Origin: a virus
Taxonomy: Duplodnaviria; Caudoviricetes
Reading direction: 5' to 3' (one strand)
Virus record (IMG/VR): IMGVR_UViG_3300037467_001267
Span: 8,096 to 72,095 of that record
Length of the DNA: 64,000 nucleotides
Positions 54,511-62,445 of the stretch are shown here, in pieces. Each line of letters opens with the position of its first letter. Position 1 is the stretch's first letter. Both the position numbers and the translations under genes were made by a program. A model generated the notes under the pieces. That model was given only the letters and a program-made list of their open reading frames with translations. It was not told where the DNA came from and searched no databases.

Positions 54511-55048
54511 AGCATACGTGAAGCGGTGGTATGAGCGTATCGGTCATGATGGCGGATTGGTCATCAGGCCGATGCGGGGTGACGTCTATCAACTCTCGTG
54601 GAGGCCCAACTCGCTGGGTTGTACCAAAGAGATCCCGATTGGGGTGCCGAAGGTGTGCTTAGGGACTCCCCAGGGCATCGAGCGACATCTGGATTTGGTC
54701 TTGCCCGAGGTCCATCGGGCGATCAGCGAGGTGGGCGAGATTCTCCCCGGCGAGTCCGGCCACCTCGGGCCGTTCGGCAAGCTCGCCTACTCCCGCATCG
54801 ACAAGCAGTGGGTGCCCTGCCACCTCCACGACGGTAAGTGGTCGGCCATCCCGCGTCCGCTGTTGCCGGGCGAGACCCGCTTCATCGAGCTGATGTCGAA
54901 GCTGGAGGGCATGACCAAGAACCAGCTCATGCGGCGGGCGGTTATGCTCGAAGCGGACTATGAGGGGATGTGCGGCAGAGAGGACGACTCCGACGACTTC
55001 AACCGGTTCGTGACCGACATCGTCATGAAGCTCTGGGAGGAGAAATGA
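54497..55048 (+). CDS. Hypothetical protein
   Basis: AAGGA RBS; coupled. Confidence 0.6.
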   Translation: MATIEAYVKRWYERIGHDGGLVIRPMRGDVYQLSWRPNSLGCTKEIPIGVPKVCLGTPQGIERHLDLVLPEVHRAISEVGEILPGESGHLGPFGKLAYSRIDKQWVPCHLHDGKWSAIPRPLLPGETRFIELMSKLEGMTKNQLMRRAVMLEADYEGMCGREDDSDDFNRFVTDIVMKLWEEK

Positions 55049-55200
55049 AGATCAAGTTCGAACCCCGCGACTTGTGGATTAGGTTGTACTGGGATGCGAC
55101 CTACGTCCAACCCGACTACACCAAGACGCGGACGATCAAGTGGTATCTGTGCCTGGTGCCTTGCTTCCCGATCTGCTGGGAGACGAAGAGGACGTTGTGA
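55045..55200 (+). CDS. Hypothetical protein
   Basis: GGAGG RBS; MKIKFEPRDLWIRLYWD. Confidence 0.55.
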   Translation: MKIKFEPRDLWIRLYWDATYVQPDYTKTRTIKWYLCLVPCFPICWETKRTL

Positions 55201-55631
55201 TGTCCGAACGCTACAAGACCTTCATGCGGCAGCTCCTGGAGCTCTACCTCATCCTGGAGACCGAGGGTGAATGCGCCAAGGCGGACAACGTCCGCGAGGC
55301 CAGCGAGCCGCATTGGTATGCGATGACGGAGCAGGAACAAGCCCGTGCGAGGGCCTGGTCCTCGTTGTTCCAGAAGTTCGACGACTACCGTGCCGGCAAG
55401 GCGATCCGCCGCCCGGCCAAATTCGTACGGGAGGATAAATGGTCACAGGCCACAAGCTCGACATGTTGCGCAAGCTCTCCGGAAACTTGCCCCAATACCT
55501 CTACATCACCGAATACTCCTACTGGGATGACCTTGGACTGCTCGCCCCAAACTACGAGCGATGGGAGTACGATGGATGCCTCACAGCCAAGTACGGCATC
55601 GAACGACGAGTCAGACCGCGAGGCAAAGTAG
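55200..55631 (+). CDS. Hypothetical protein
   Basis: Coupled ATG; C-terminus overlaps next ORF. Confidence 0.5.
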   Translation: MSERYKTFMRQLLELYLILETEGECAKADNVREASEPHWYAMTEQEQARARAWSSLFQKFDDYRAGKAIRRPAKFVREDKWSQATSSTCCASSPETCPNTSTSPNTPTGMTLDCSPQTTSDGSTMDASQPSTASNDESDREAK

Positions 55632-55699
55632 TCGAGCGGCAGCAGGTCTCGCTGCTTCGCGATCCACACGCCATTACTCTTTGGGGATGCCCGTCATGA
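55439..55699 (+). CDS. Hypothetical protein
   Basis: GGAGG RBS before ATG 55439. Confidence 0.55.
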   Translation: MVTGHKLDMLRKLSGNLPQYLYITEYSYWDDLGLLAPNYERWEYDGCLTAKYGIERRVRPRGKVVERQQVSLLRDPHAITLWGCPS

Positions 55700-56073
55700 T
55701 GAAATGCGATAACTGCGGCCTGGACTGTTCCAACCCGATCGCGAACACCTTGGGTGTGGCGTGCTCCTACGGATGTTCTGCGGCCCTGGTCGGCAAGCAT
55801 CCGGAGTTTGTAGCTTGCTGTCTCCGCTGCCACAAACCAGTTGGCGAGCATCCGATACGACACGGCCAGCGAGGTTGGTGTTGCTCTCCCGCGTGTGACT
55901 TCGAACTGCTCTGCTCGGAGACGTTCTACGACGACCAGTGGAAACACCAATACGAGTACACGTGGCCGGCTGCGACTCCGCCGCGTAAGCACGTCCACTC
56001 GCGAGTCGTCGCCACGCGACCACCGGCAGCGGAGTCGTCCGGCACGTCGATCGGCCGGCAGCTTCCCCGTTAG
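55696..56073 (+). CDS. Cys-rich (MYM/zinc-finger-like) protein
   Basis: CDNC..CSYGC..CLRC..CCSPAC. Confidence 0.6.
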   Translation: MMKCDNCGLDCSNPIANTLGVACSYGCSAALVGKHPEFVACCLRCHKPVGEHPIRHGQRGWCCSPACDFELLCSETFYDDQWKHQYEYTWPAATPPRKHVHSRVVATRPPAAESSGTSIGRQLPR

Positions 56074-56150
56074 GCTCGCGTTGGGGATATTCCGGGAATC
56101 CGCCCCGATCGGAGGGCGTGAAAACCGCCCTCCTCGACGCTAGCCTATCT

Positions 56151-56225
56151 CCTGCGCCCGCCTGCTGGTGCTAGGGGCTCCGGAGTCTTCCGATATAGCC
56201 CGACCTGCGAAAACCAGCAGGCGGG
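56151..56225. repeat. Inverted-repeat element, class 1, copy B (inverted relative to copy A)
   Basis: CCCGCCTGCTGGT/ACCAGCAGGCGGG 13-bp IR; contains CCTGCGAAAACCAGCAGGC, the exact reverse complement of 2138-2156. Confidence 0.8.
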
Positions 56226-56376
56226 ATGCTAGGAGGCCATACTCTCACCTAACTGCTCATGGGCACGGAAATCGGAGCCTCGAAACCACCCATGATTTCA
56301 GAATTCGTGAAAATTTATTTGCCCGTGATTTCTCGACCAAAAGTGGTGCTCGTTCTGGATTCTAGAAATTTTCTGG

Positions 56377-56405
56377 TTGACTCCGGATTTGGTTCGCCCT
56401 AGGAT
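56377..56405 (+). promoter_or_regulatory. Early sigma70-type promoter
   Basis: TTGACT-17-TAGGAT. Confidence 0.8.
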
Positions 56406-56443
56406 CGGGGCAGATAGGAAATAGGAACAAACTGGAGACCGCT

Positions 56444-56689
56444 ATGACGATCGCTGAACTTAACCTGAGCCCGGAAGCCTTGAAGCTTATGGAACAGATC
56501 GTTGCCGACGCCGGCAATTGGGGCGGAACTCCGCCGACGTTCAACTTTATCTCGGGCAAGACTGATCCGGCCAAGGGCTATCTGACCGCCCTGAAGCGCA
56601 AGGGACTCCTGAGCACGTTCAAGAGTGACGGAGACGAGTGGATTCAATTTTCCGACCTCGCGAAGCAGCTTTGGCCCGTCCTCGCCTAA
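56444..56689 (+). CDS. Small winged-helix-like protein
   Basis: KGYLTALKRKGLL..WIQFSDLA. Confidence 0.55.
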   Translation: MTIAELNLSPEALKLMEQIVADAGNWGGTPPTFNFISGKTDPAKGYLTALKRKGLLSTFKSDGDEWIQFSDLAKQLWPVLA

Positions 56690-56695
56690 ATCCAG

Positions 56696-56730
56696 AATTC
56701 ACCGCCTCTTGCGAGAGGCGGAAGAATTTT
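56696..56730 (+). terminator. Terminator-like hairpin directly before the next promoter
   Basis: CCGCCTCT-TGCG-AGAGGCGG flanked by GAATTC/GAATTT and T-rich sequence. Confidence 0.55.
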
Positions 56731-56741
56731 GATTTTCGTGG

Positions 56742-56770
56742 TTTACTTCTCCGGTGCCCCGGTTTAGTAT
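56742..56770 (+). promoter_or_regulatory. Early sigma70-type promoter
   Basis: TTTACT-17-TAGTAT. Confidence 0.75.
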
Positions 56771-56795
56771 CGGGGCAGATAGGAGATAGGAACAA

Positions 56796-57206
56796 ATGAG
56801 CGAGCGAAAGGAAAACTGGTGCGGGATGAACTGGATCAGCCAGCACAAGCGTCTGGCGATCTACCTCCGCGACGGTCTCGCCTGCTGCTACTGCGGCGAG
56901 ACCATCGAGAACGGAGCCCAGCTTACGCTCGATCACGTGAAGCCCCATTCGAAGGGCGGCACGAACCACGAGTCGAATCTGGTGACCGCCTGCCATACCT
57001 GCAACTCCGCCCGAGGCAACCGCTCGCTGGCGAAGTTTGCGGCGTCGGTCGCTGAGTACGTCGAGGTTCCCGCGGAGTCGATCGTGGCGCACGTCCGTAC
57101 CTGCACCCGCCGTCCGCTCGACACCAAGACGGCGAAGGTGATCGTGGACCGTCGAGGCTCCTGCTCCAAGGCTCTGGCGGCGAAGGCAGCCGGCAAGAAA
57201 ATGTAA
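56796..57206 (+). CDS. HNH endonuclease
   Basis: CCYCG..LDHVKP..GG..NLVTACHTCN. Confidence 0.9.
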   Translation: MSERKENWCGMNWISQHKRLAIYLRDGLACCYCGETIENGAQLTLDHVKPHSKGGTNHESNLVTACHTCNSARGNRSLAKFAASVAEYVEVPAESIVAHVRTCTRRPLDTKTAKVIVDRRGSCSKALAAKAAGKKM

Positions 57207-57214
57207 TTTTCTGG

Positions 57215-57243
57215 TAGACTCCTCCCGCTGGCCCGGGTAGGAT
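57215..57243 (+). promoter_or_regulatory. Early sigma70-type promoter
   Basis: TAGACT-17-TAGGAT. Confidence 0.7.
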
Positions 57244-57265
57244 TGTAAGCAGATAGGAGATAGTC

Positions 57266-57454
57266 ATGAACCAAATCGTCGATATCGAGATTCGCCAAAC
57301 GTCGGCTGCTTCGCCTTGGTACTGGTTCCATCCGGTCACGGATAAAGGCCGTGAGGTGATGGGCACCGAGCCGCAGCGGTGCCGGGAAGACTACTACGAT
57401 ATGACCGCCCAGGATTATCGAGATCGGGGTGCGGTGGTGACGTTCCGCAGGTAG
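57266..57454 (+). CDS. Hypothetical early protein
   Basis: AGATAGGAGATAG leader. Confidence 0.65.
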   Translation: MNQIVDIEIRQTSAASPWYWFHPVTDKGREVMGTEPQRCREDYYDMTAQDYRDRGAVVTFRR

Positions 57455-57503
57455 GCGAACTCCCCGCCCGTTGCGACGGGCTGGGTGTTCTCTTACCACG
57501 GAG
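57449..57503 (+). repeat. Intercistronic hairpin element, copy 1
   Basis: Near-identical to 60989-61043 with compensatory base changes. Confidence 0.8.
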
Positions 57504-57508
57504 GTTCG

Positions 57509-57664
57509 ATGACCCGTCAGGAGCGTGCTTACCGCCAGGGAGCGATCACGGAGCAGGAGCGGGATGCCGCCCTGCTGGTCGCGGAGAATCGTGACCAGCA
57601 GGCCAAGCTCGATGCCGAGCTGTCCGACCACCCGCTAGCCGGCGAAGCGGAAAGCGATCGGTGA
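57509..57664 (+). CDS. Small 51-aa protein (not in ORF track)
   Basis: GGAGG RBS, ATG 57509, TGA 57664. Confidence 0.55.
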   Translation: MTRQERAYRQGAITEQERDAALLVAENRDQQAKLDAELSDHPLAGEAESDR

Positions 57665-57760
57665 ACGAACTCCCCGCCAGCGGGCCAGGACGACTGCGAA
57701 AGCAGCGAGCACGTTTACTGCGATCCGCTGGCTGGGTGTCCTTTCACCGGAGGCTCTCGC

Positions 57761-58297
57761 GTGAGCAACTACCCCGACTGGCTACCCTGGAACGCGTTCC
57801 CGCCCCGCGTCGTGGCGTTCCTCCAGAATTGCTACGTCCGCGAGACCGACGTGCGATCCTGGGCCCGCATGATGTCCGGACCACGACGGTGGCCGATCAT
57901 CGCCCGGGGCCTCTTCGCCGGATGTAAGACGGGGCAGGTACTAAAGCGGTGCGGGCTGCCCTCGATGCCGTGGGTCATCTGGGAGAACGCGAGTACGGGA
58001 ATCGGGACGCGAGCCCACCACCGCTTCGCCGCAGACCCCGACCATATGGCGGACGTGATTAATCGGGCCCAGCCCGACCTTGTGGTTGTGCTCGGGGAGG
58101 TAGCCCAGCGAGGGATCGAGCAGCTGGACGTGACTGACTGCGAAGTGCTTTACGGGCCGCACCCCGCCGCCCGCATGAACGTGCGGGACTCGCTGGAGCG
58201 CATCGCCCAGAGAATCGAGGAGCTTTATGAAGACGTTATTGGCCCGGCCCGGCCCGGGAGCCGCGGCGACCCCCGCCCAACTCGTCGAGGAGCTTAG
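57761..58297 (+). CDS. Uracil-DNA glycosylase superfamily protein
   Basis: AFLQN..QPDLVVVLGEVA..GPHPAAR. Confidence 0.65.
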   Translation: MSNYPDWLPWNAFPPRVVAFLQNCYVRETDVRSWARMMSGPRRWPIIARGLFAGCKTGQVLKRCGLPSMPWVIWENASTGIGTRAHHRFAADPDHMADVINRAQPDLVVVLGEVAQRGIEQLDVTDCEVLYGPHPAARMNVRDSLERIAQRIEELYEDVIGPARPGSRGDPRPTRRGA

Positions 58298-58457
58298 CTA
58301 TGATACGCTGGCCGTCGTGACGTGGAAGGGCCAGCCGTTTTCCTGGGAGAATCCGCCCAGCGAGCCCGTCACCGAACTGGTGTTCCACAACCTGGCCGAC
58401 GATGAATTGGAGATCGTAAAATCGACGTGCGCGGCGTTCGGATGGTTGACTTTATAG
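58227..58457 (+). CDS. Hypothetical protein
   Basis: GAGGAG RBS. Confidence 0.55.
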   Translation: MKTLLARPGPGAAATPAQLVEELSYDTLAVVTWKGQPFSWENPPSEPVTELVFHNLADDELEIVKSTCAAFGWLTL

Positions 58458-58474
58458 GGTGAATCGAGTAGACT
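58446..58474 (+). promoter_or_regulatory. Early sigma70-type promoter
   Basis: TTGACT-17-TAGACT. Confidence 0.65.
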
Positions 58475-58499
58475 CGGAGCCTAGCATATAGGAGACATC

Positions 58500-58802
58500 A
58501 TGTACGATGAAGCAGCGATTAAAGCGGCGTACGAGCGTGCTCGAAAGAACATCGAGGCCATGGGGGCGAAGAAGCCTGGCGATGTCCGAATCGTCCACGA
58601 CCTCGCCCTGCTGGTCGTCCAGGCGATGCCGACGCTCTGCGAGCACGCCATCCAGCAGTCGGCGATGCGAGTCATCGCTGAGGCGGTACTGACCGGCAAG
58701 AACCCCGACCTGGAGTGCATGTCTGCCGACCTGTCGAAGATTTGGGTCATGAAGCAGGCACTCTATATGGCCCTGGAGATCGTTCAGAATGTTAAGGATT
58801 AA
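58500..58802 (+). CDS. Hypothetical protein
   Basis: AGGAG RBS. Confidence 0.65.
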   Translation: MYDEAAIKAAYERARKNIEAMGAKKPGDVRIVHDLALLVVQAMPTLCEHAIQQSAMRVIAEAVLTGKNPDLECMSADLSKIWVMKQALYMALEIVQNVKD

Positions 58803-58998
58803 GTTACCCGTCCGTGAGTGGCCGTTCGGTGGAGTGCGGTGCGGCATGTCGATCATGCGCATCGTGGACGCCGACGGCAAGGAAGTCTGTCAGGTTCGCC
58901 GGTTGCCCACCGACACGGCGGACTCTTTCGAGACCCGCGTGGGTGAAGTCAGAGACGCCATCAACGGCGTCGGAAGGTTGGTTGACGTCCATGCCTAA
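58789..58998 (+). CDS. Hypothetical protein
   Basis: Coupled small ORF. Confidence 0.5.
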   Translation: MLRIKLPVREWPFGGVRCGMSIMRIVDADGKEVCQVRRLPTDTADSFETRVGEVRDAINGVGRLVDVHA

Positions 58999-59305
58999 GT
59001 TTCTCCCGAAGCAAGACGTGATCGCGGCGTTCGACTCGGCCAAGCAGACGGCACGCCCGTTCGTCTGTAAGTTCGAGAAGCAGGACGGCGAAATCCGCTC
59101 GATGACCTGCCTGGCGCAGATCCCCAGCGAGTTCGTCAAGGGCACCGGGGACGCGGAGAAGCCCGACGCCGACGACGTGCGACGTGTCCTCTCGCTGGAT
59201 CGGTTCGCGGAGGGCATCGAGGACGGGCTCCAGCGGGAGCGTGCGGGCCGTGCGGCCATCCGCTCCGTGCGGATGGACTCGGTGATCCGCATCGAAGCAC
59301 TCTAG
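58991..59305 (+). CDS. WYL_2/DUF2693-like SH3 beta-barrel protein
   Basis: FVCKFEKQDGEIRSMTC..RSVRMDSV. Confidence 0.6.
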   Translation: MPKFLPKQDVIAAFDSAKQTARPFVCKFEKQDGEIRSMTCLAQIPSEFVKGTGDAEKPDADDVRRVLSLDRFAEGIEDGLQRERAGRAAIRSVRMDSVIRIEAL

Positions 59306-59384
59306 TCGGGTGTTCCGACTCCCGGGCGGATAACTCCGGGGTAGGGGCACCGCCCGGATGTCGCAACACCTAATAGGAGATAGC

Positions 59385-59597
59385 ATGAAAGTGACGCGGT
59401 TCTACGTCGTGGTGATTTGGTTGCCGGGCGGGACGTACCTGGAGACAAACTGGACTAACCCGCCCACCAAGCAGGAGATCGCCCAGCGGGTCGAGGAGGA
59501 TAACCCCGACAACCCTGACGCGGTCATGCGGGTCAAGGCTCTGGTGTTCGCAGATAATTACACGACGCTCGTGAAGGAACTTATCCATAATGTCTAA
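59385..59597 (+). CDS. Hypothetical protein
   Basis: TAGGAGATAG leader. Confidence 0.6.
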   Translation: MKVTRFYVVVIWLPGGTYLETNWTNPPTKQEIAQRVEEDNPDNPDAVMRVKALVFADNYTTLVKELIHNV

Positions 59598-59751
59598 GCA
59601 CTACCCGGGCAAGAGTCGTGCCCGCAAAGCGTATCAGCGAGGGCTGAAGACCGGCAAGACGCGGTTGGGGCGGTGTCCCTATCGTAACGTGAGGCTCGCT
59701 GCCCTCTGGGAGCGGGGCTTCAAGAAGGGTTCAACGTTACGGCGGATTTGA
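59590..59751 (+). CDS. Rmf-like small basic protein (53 aa, not in ORF track)
   Basis: ARKAYQRGLKTG..GRCPY..ALWERGFKKG. Confidence 0.65.
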   Translation: MSKHYPGKSRARKAYQRGLKTGKTRLGRCPYRNVRLAALWERGFKKGSTLRRI

Positions 59752-59769
59752 AGCTGCCCGGAGTCTCTT

Positions 59770-60387
59770 ATGCCTTACCTATTTCCCAGGTACTCGTCGG
59801 AACGAATTGTGCTCCAAGGCATCACCGCCGACGGGCGGGAAGTCGGGCACGCCCAGGAGTACCTCGTCTACCGGGCAGAGCCTCTCGTTGTGTACGAGAT
59901 CGCCCCAGGTCGCTTCCGCTGCTCTCGCGGCCTGGAGTACGTCGTCAAGCAGAGCACCCATCAGGAAGACTATGACGCTAATAGCCACGACCAAGATCCG
60001 CGGTCACGAGCCTCTGCGACGCAGGGTGGAGGCACAATACCCGCAGCTCAAGCGATCGTTAGAATGGCGCAAGACCCGGCACGGCCTGGAGCTCCACTGG
60101 GTGGAGGGCAAGTACCGACCGGAGGGGGCGGTGGACGGCATCAAGCGGATGATTCGCCAGCACGAGTCGGGCACGGAGATCATGCGTGCCTGACCCTCGG
60201 CACCGGCGTCCGGTTCGCCGGGCTGGAGGGAACCGTCGTCGCCTACGGCATGGCCCGCGGCTGGTACTGGGTTAACATCCCCGCAGACCATCGGGAGGAT
60301 ACCTGGCCGCACAACGGCCTGCCGAAACGGTGGTGGAAGGTCCATCAACGATTTCTGACGGTGCTCGTTAGGGATGCGAAAATTTAG
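59770..60387 (+). CDS. Hypothetical protein (contains a nested ORF)
   Basis: GGAG RBS; open through 60387. Confidence 0.45.
   Translation: MPYLFPRYSSERIVLQGITADGREVGHAQEYLVYRAEPLVVYEIAPGRFRCSRGLEYVVKQSTHQEDYDANSHDQDPRSRASATQGGGTIPAAQAIVRMAQDPARPGAPLGGGQVPTGGGGGRHQADDSPARVGHGDHACLTLGTGVRFAGLEGTVVAYGMARGWYWVNIPADHREDTWPHNGLPKRWWKVHQRFLTVLVRDAKI
59972..60193 (+). CDS. Hypothetical protein nested in another frame of 59770-60387
   Basis: AGGA RBS before ATG 59972. Confidence 0.45.
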   Translation: MTLIATTKIRGHEPLRRRVEAQYPQLKRSLEWRKTRHGLELHWVEGKYRPEGAVDGIKRMIRQHESGTEIMRA

Positions 60388-60390
60388 TGG

Positions 60391-60419
60391 TTGACTTCTC
60401 CGATCTGGTCGAGTAGGAT
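60391..60419 (+). promoter_or_regulatory. Early sigma70-type promoter
   Basis: TTGACT-17-TAGGAT. Confidence 0.8.
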
Positions 60420-60440
60420 TAGGGCAGATAGGAGATAGTT

Positions 60441-60740
60441 ATGCAACTCAATCGGTTCAACCCGCGTCTCTCCGCTTCGTACTGCGAAGCCAAAAGTCTG
60501 GCCGACGGCAACCAGCCGCTCATCGGGAACGTTTCGGTGCTTTCCCGCGGCAAAACGGTTCGCGGCGAAGTAGTGATTCACGGCGACGGGTGCTCGATCG
60601 ACTGCGAGGACCAGTCCTGGTTCATGGATCGTTCCGCCCCGCTGTTCGCGGAATTCTGCCTCTGGCTGACCTGCGAATACGTCTCCGATTCCCCGATCGG
60701 GGCGTACATCCTCAATAAATTCGGGTTCCAGGAAATTTAG
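60441..60740 (+). CDS. Hypothetical early protein
   Basis: Shared leader. Confidence 0.65.
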   Translation: MQLNRFNPRLSASYCEAKSLADGNQPLIGNVSVLSRGKTVRGEVVIHGDGCSIDCEDQSWFMDRSAPLFAEFCLWLTCEYVSDSPIGAYILNKFGFQEI

Positions 60741-60743
60741 TGG

Positions 60744-60772
60744 TTGACTTCCCTCGCTGGCCGGCGTAGGAT
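60744..60772 (+). promoter_or_regulatory. Early sigma70-type promoter
   Basis: TTGACT-17-TAGGAT. Confidence 0.8.
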
Positions 60773-60793
60773 TTAGGCAGATAGGAGATAGCT

Positions 60794-60994
60794 ATGAAAT
60801 CTGGAACGACGAGCACGACGGTGTACCAGGGCGGCAACGAGTTCGATGTGAGCTTCCGCTTCCGCGTGGACGGCGACATGGTCGATTTCTTCGACATCGA
60901 GGTGGACGGGCAGGAGGCCACCGTGGAGGACGAGACCTGGCTGGAGGCGATGCGCACCGCCGCCTACGATCGGGCTGCCCAGATCCGCTGGTAG
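60794..60994 (+). CDS. Small acidic early protein
   Basis: 14 D/E versus 6 K/R in 66 aa. Confidence 0.65.
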   Translation: MKSGTTSTTVYQGGNEFDVSFRFRVDGDMVDFFDIEVDGQEATVEDETWLEAMRTAAYDRAAQIRW

Positions 60995-61043
60995 GCGGAC
61001 TCCCCGCCCTCTGCGGAGGGCTGGGTGTCCTCTTACCACGGAG
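60989..61043 (+). repeat. Intercistronic hairpin element, copy 2
   Basis: See copy 1. Confidence 0.8.
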
Positions 61044-61049
61044 TCTCGG

Positions 61050-61262
61050 ATGAAGTACGCAATCATTACGCCAGAGGGTCGGGTGCGTCGCGAAGGATGG
61101 GTGCCCGAGGGCGACACGCTCCAACTTAACATCGGCGGGCGAATCGTTTCGCTCGACGTGGATGAGGATGGAAACCTCGTGCTCACTAACGCCCATGGCA
61201 CCCTCTCCGCCCGCAGCCCCGTAGGCCGTTCGGACGTTCTGGAGATCCACGTCGGCAGTTAG
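61050..61262 (+). CDS. Hypothetical early protein
   Basis: GGAG RBS. Confidence 0.6.
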   Translation: MKYAIITPEGRVRREGWVPEGDTLQLNIGGRIVSLDVDEDGNLVLTNAHGTLSARSPVGRSDVLEIHVGS

Positions 61263-61267
61263 TCCTG

Positions 61268-61323
61268 CTGGTCGGCGGGCGCACGGAGCCTCGCGAGGCT
61301 CCCTGCCTCCTCTTACCACGGAG
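61268..61323 (+). repeat. Intercistronic hairpin element, diverged copy 3
   Basis: GGAGCCTC-GC-GAGGCTCC hairpin plus CCTCTTACCACGGAG. Confidence 0.6.
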
Positions 61324-61328
61324 AACCA

Positions 61329-61712
61329 ATGCCTAAGGCACCGCCCGTATCCCGCCTAGTCCGCGCAGCCCTCGACAACGCCGTCGCGAACGGCCACGAA
61401 GTCTGGACGCTATCCGCCACCGCCCTCGCAGCCGACCTCCAACGGCACGACGCCGACCTGGAGGACGAGTCGCTCAGCGAGCTGGCGACGCACGCCCGCG
61501 ACTGGCTCAAGGACTTCCCGACTCGCTGGCTCCGCCGCATGCCCGCGGACGTGCCGCCGGAAGTTCTGGCCGTGTACGCCGCCCGCAAACGCCGCATCGT
61601 CTCCGCCGTCTCCCGGGGGTTGACCGAGTGGAAGATCACCAGCGACTCCAGCAAGACCGTCGTGTGGAAGCGGACGAACAACCCCGCCAAGCCGTGGAGG
61701 ATCGGACTTTAA
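61329..61712 (+). CDS. Hypothetical early protein
   Basis: GGAG RBS. Confidence 0.6.
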   Translation: MPKAPPVSRLVRAALDNAVANGHEVWTLSATALAADLQRHDADLEDESLSELATHARDWLKDFPTRWLRRMPADVPPEVLAVYAARKRRIVSAVSRGLTEWKITSDSSKTVVWKRTNNPAKPWRIGL

Positions 61713-61727
61713 CGAAAGGAGCGTAGC

Positions 61728-61928
61728 ATGCCGAGGTACAAGGTCGAGAACGAAGCGACGGCACGAGCCCTCGCCAAGCAGTGGTACGACACCTACCAGG
61801 TCCACTGCGACATCTGGAACCGGGAGCAGTATTGGGAGGTGGGCCCGGTCGATCCGAAGTTTGAGCACCCGTTCTGGCGGGAGCTGAACGACTGGTTCGT
61901 GGCGGGCCGGATGTCGGTCGTGCGGTAG
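61728..61928 (+). CDS. Hypothetical early protein
   Basis: AAGGAG RBS. Confidence 0.6.
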   Translation: MPRYKVENEATARALAKQWYDTYQVHCDIWNREQYWEVGPVDPKFEHPFWRELNDWFVAGRMSVVR

Positions 61929-61977
61929 GCGAAGTGGCGGAGCCTCGCTGGAGACTCCGCCTCTACTCTTACCGGAG
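61923..61977 (+). repeat. Intercistronic hairpin element, copy 4
   Basis: CGGTAGG/CTTACCG closing stem, GGCGGAG/CTCCGCC inner stem. Confidence 0.65.
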
Positions 61978-61982
61978 CGGCT

Positions 61983-62186
61983 ATGAAGGCATGGGTCTAC
62001 GCAGGTACGAAGTTCACGGCAGGGTATCTGGTGCTGGTCGTCAAAGCACCGACCGTCGAGCGGGCGATGCGACTCGTCCAGGATAAGATCCAGGCGATGG
62101 GGTGGTACGGCGGGGATCGACTCGACGCGGAGGACTTACAGGAGATGGACCTGGACGAGGGCGTGGAAATTCTTTTCGAGGAGTGA
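61983..62186 (+). CDS. Hypothetical early protein
   Basis: GGAG RBS. Confidence 0.6.
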   Translation: MKAWVYAGTKFTAGYLVLVVKAPTVERAMRLVQDKIQAMGWYGGDRLDAEDLQEMDLDEGVEILFEE

Positions 62187-62244
62187 TCATGCTTGTGCGT
62201 CTCCACTCCAAGAACGGGGAGATCATCCACAACGAGTTGACGGT

Positions 62245-62445
62245 ATGAAGCAATCTGAATTATTCGTGACGTGGCTGCTCAGCCAGTTCTCATCCAACGC
62301 CGCCAGCGAGGTGGAGGACCAGGACGGTAACGTTATCGGGGAATTCCGCCCCGCCGCTCCTGCGCAGGTCCATCCTGGTGGGCGGATCGTGCTCAATTTC
62401 GAGGACGGCTCCCAAGTTCGGATGCGCATCGAGGCGACACTATGA
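62245..62445 (+). CDS. Hypothetical early protein
   Basis: ORF in array. Confidence 0.5.
   Translation: MKQSELFVTWLLSQFSSNAASEVEDQDGNVIGEFRPAAPAQVHPGGRIVLNFEDGSQVRMRIEATL

Noticed and set aside
59284-59375. Fluoride riboswitch, HDV-like or pistol ribozyme
   Set aside because: The pseudoknot topology is superficially similar, but the fluoride GAUG core, HDV P1.1/G1 pairing and pistol AAAUA linker are missing.
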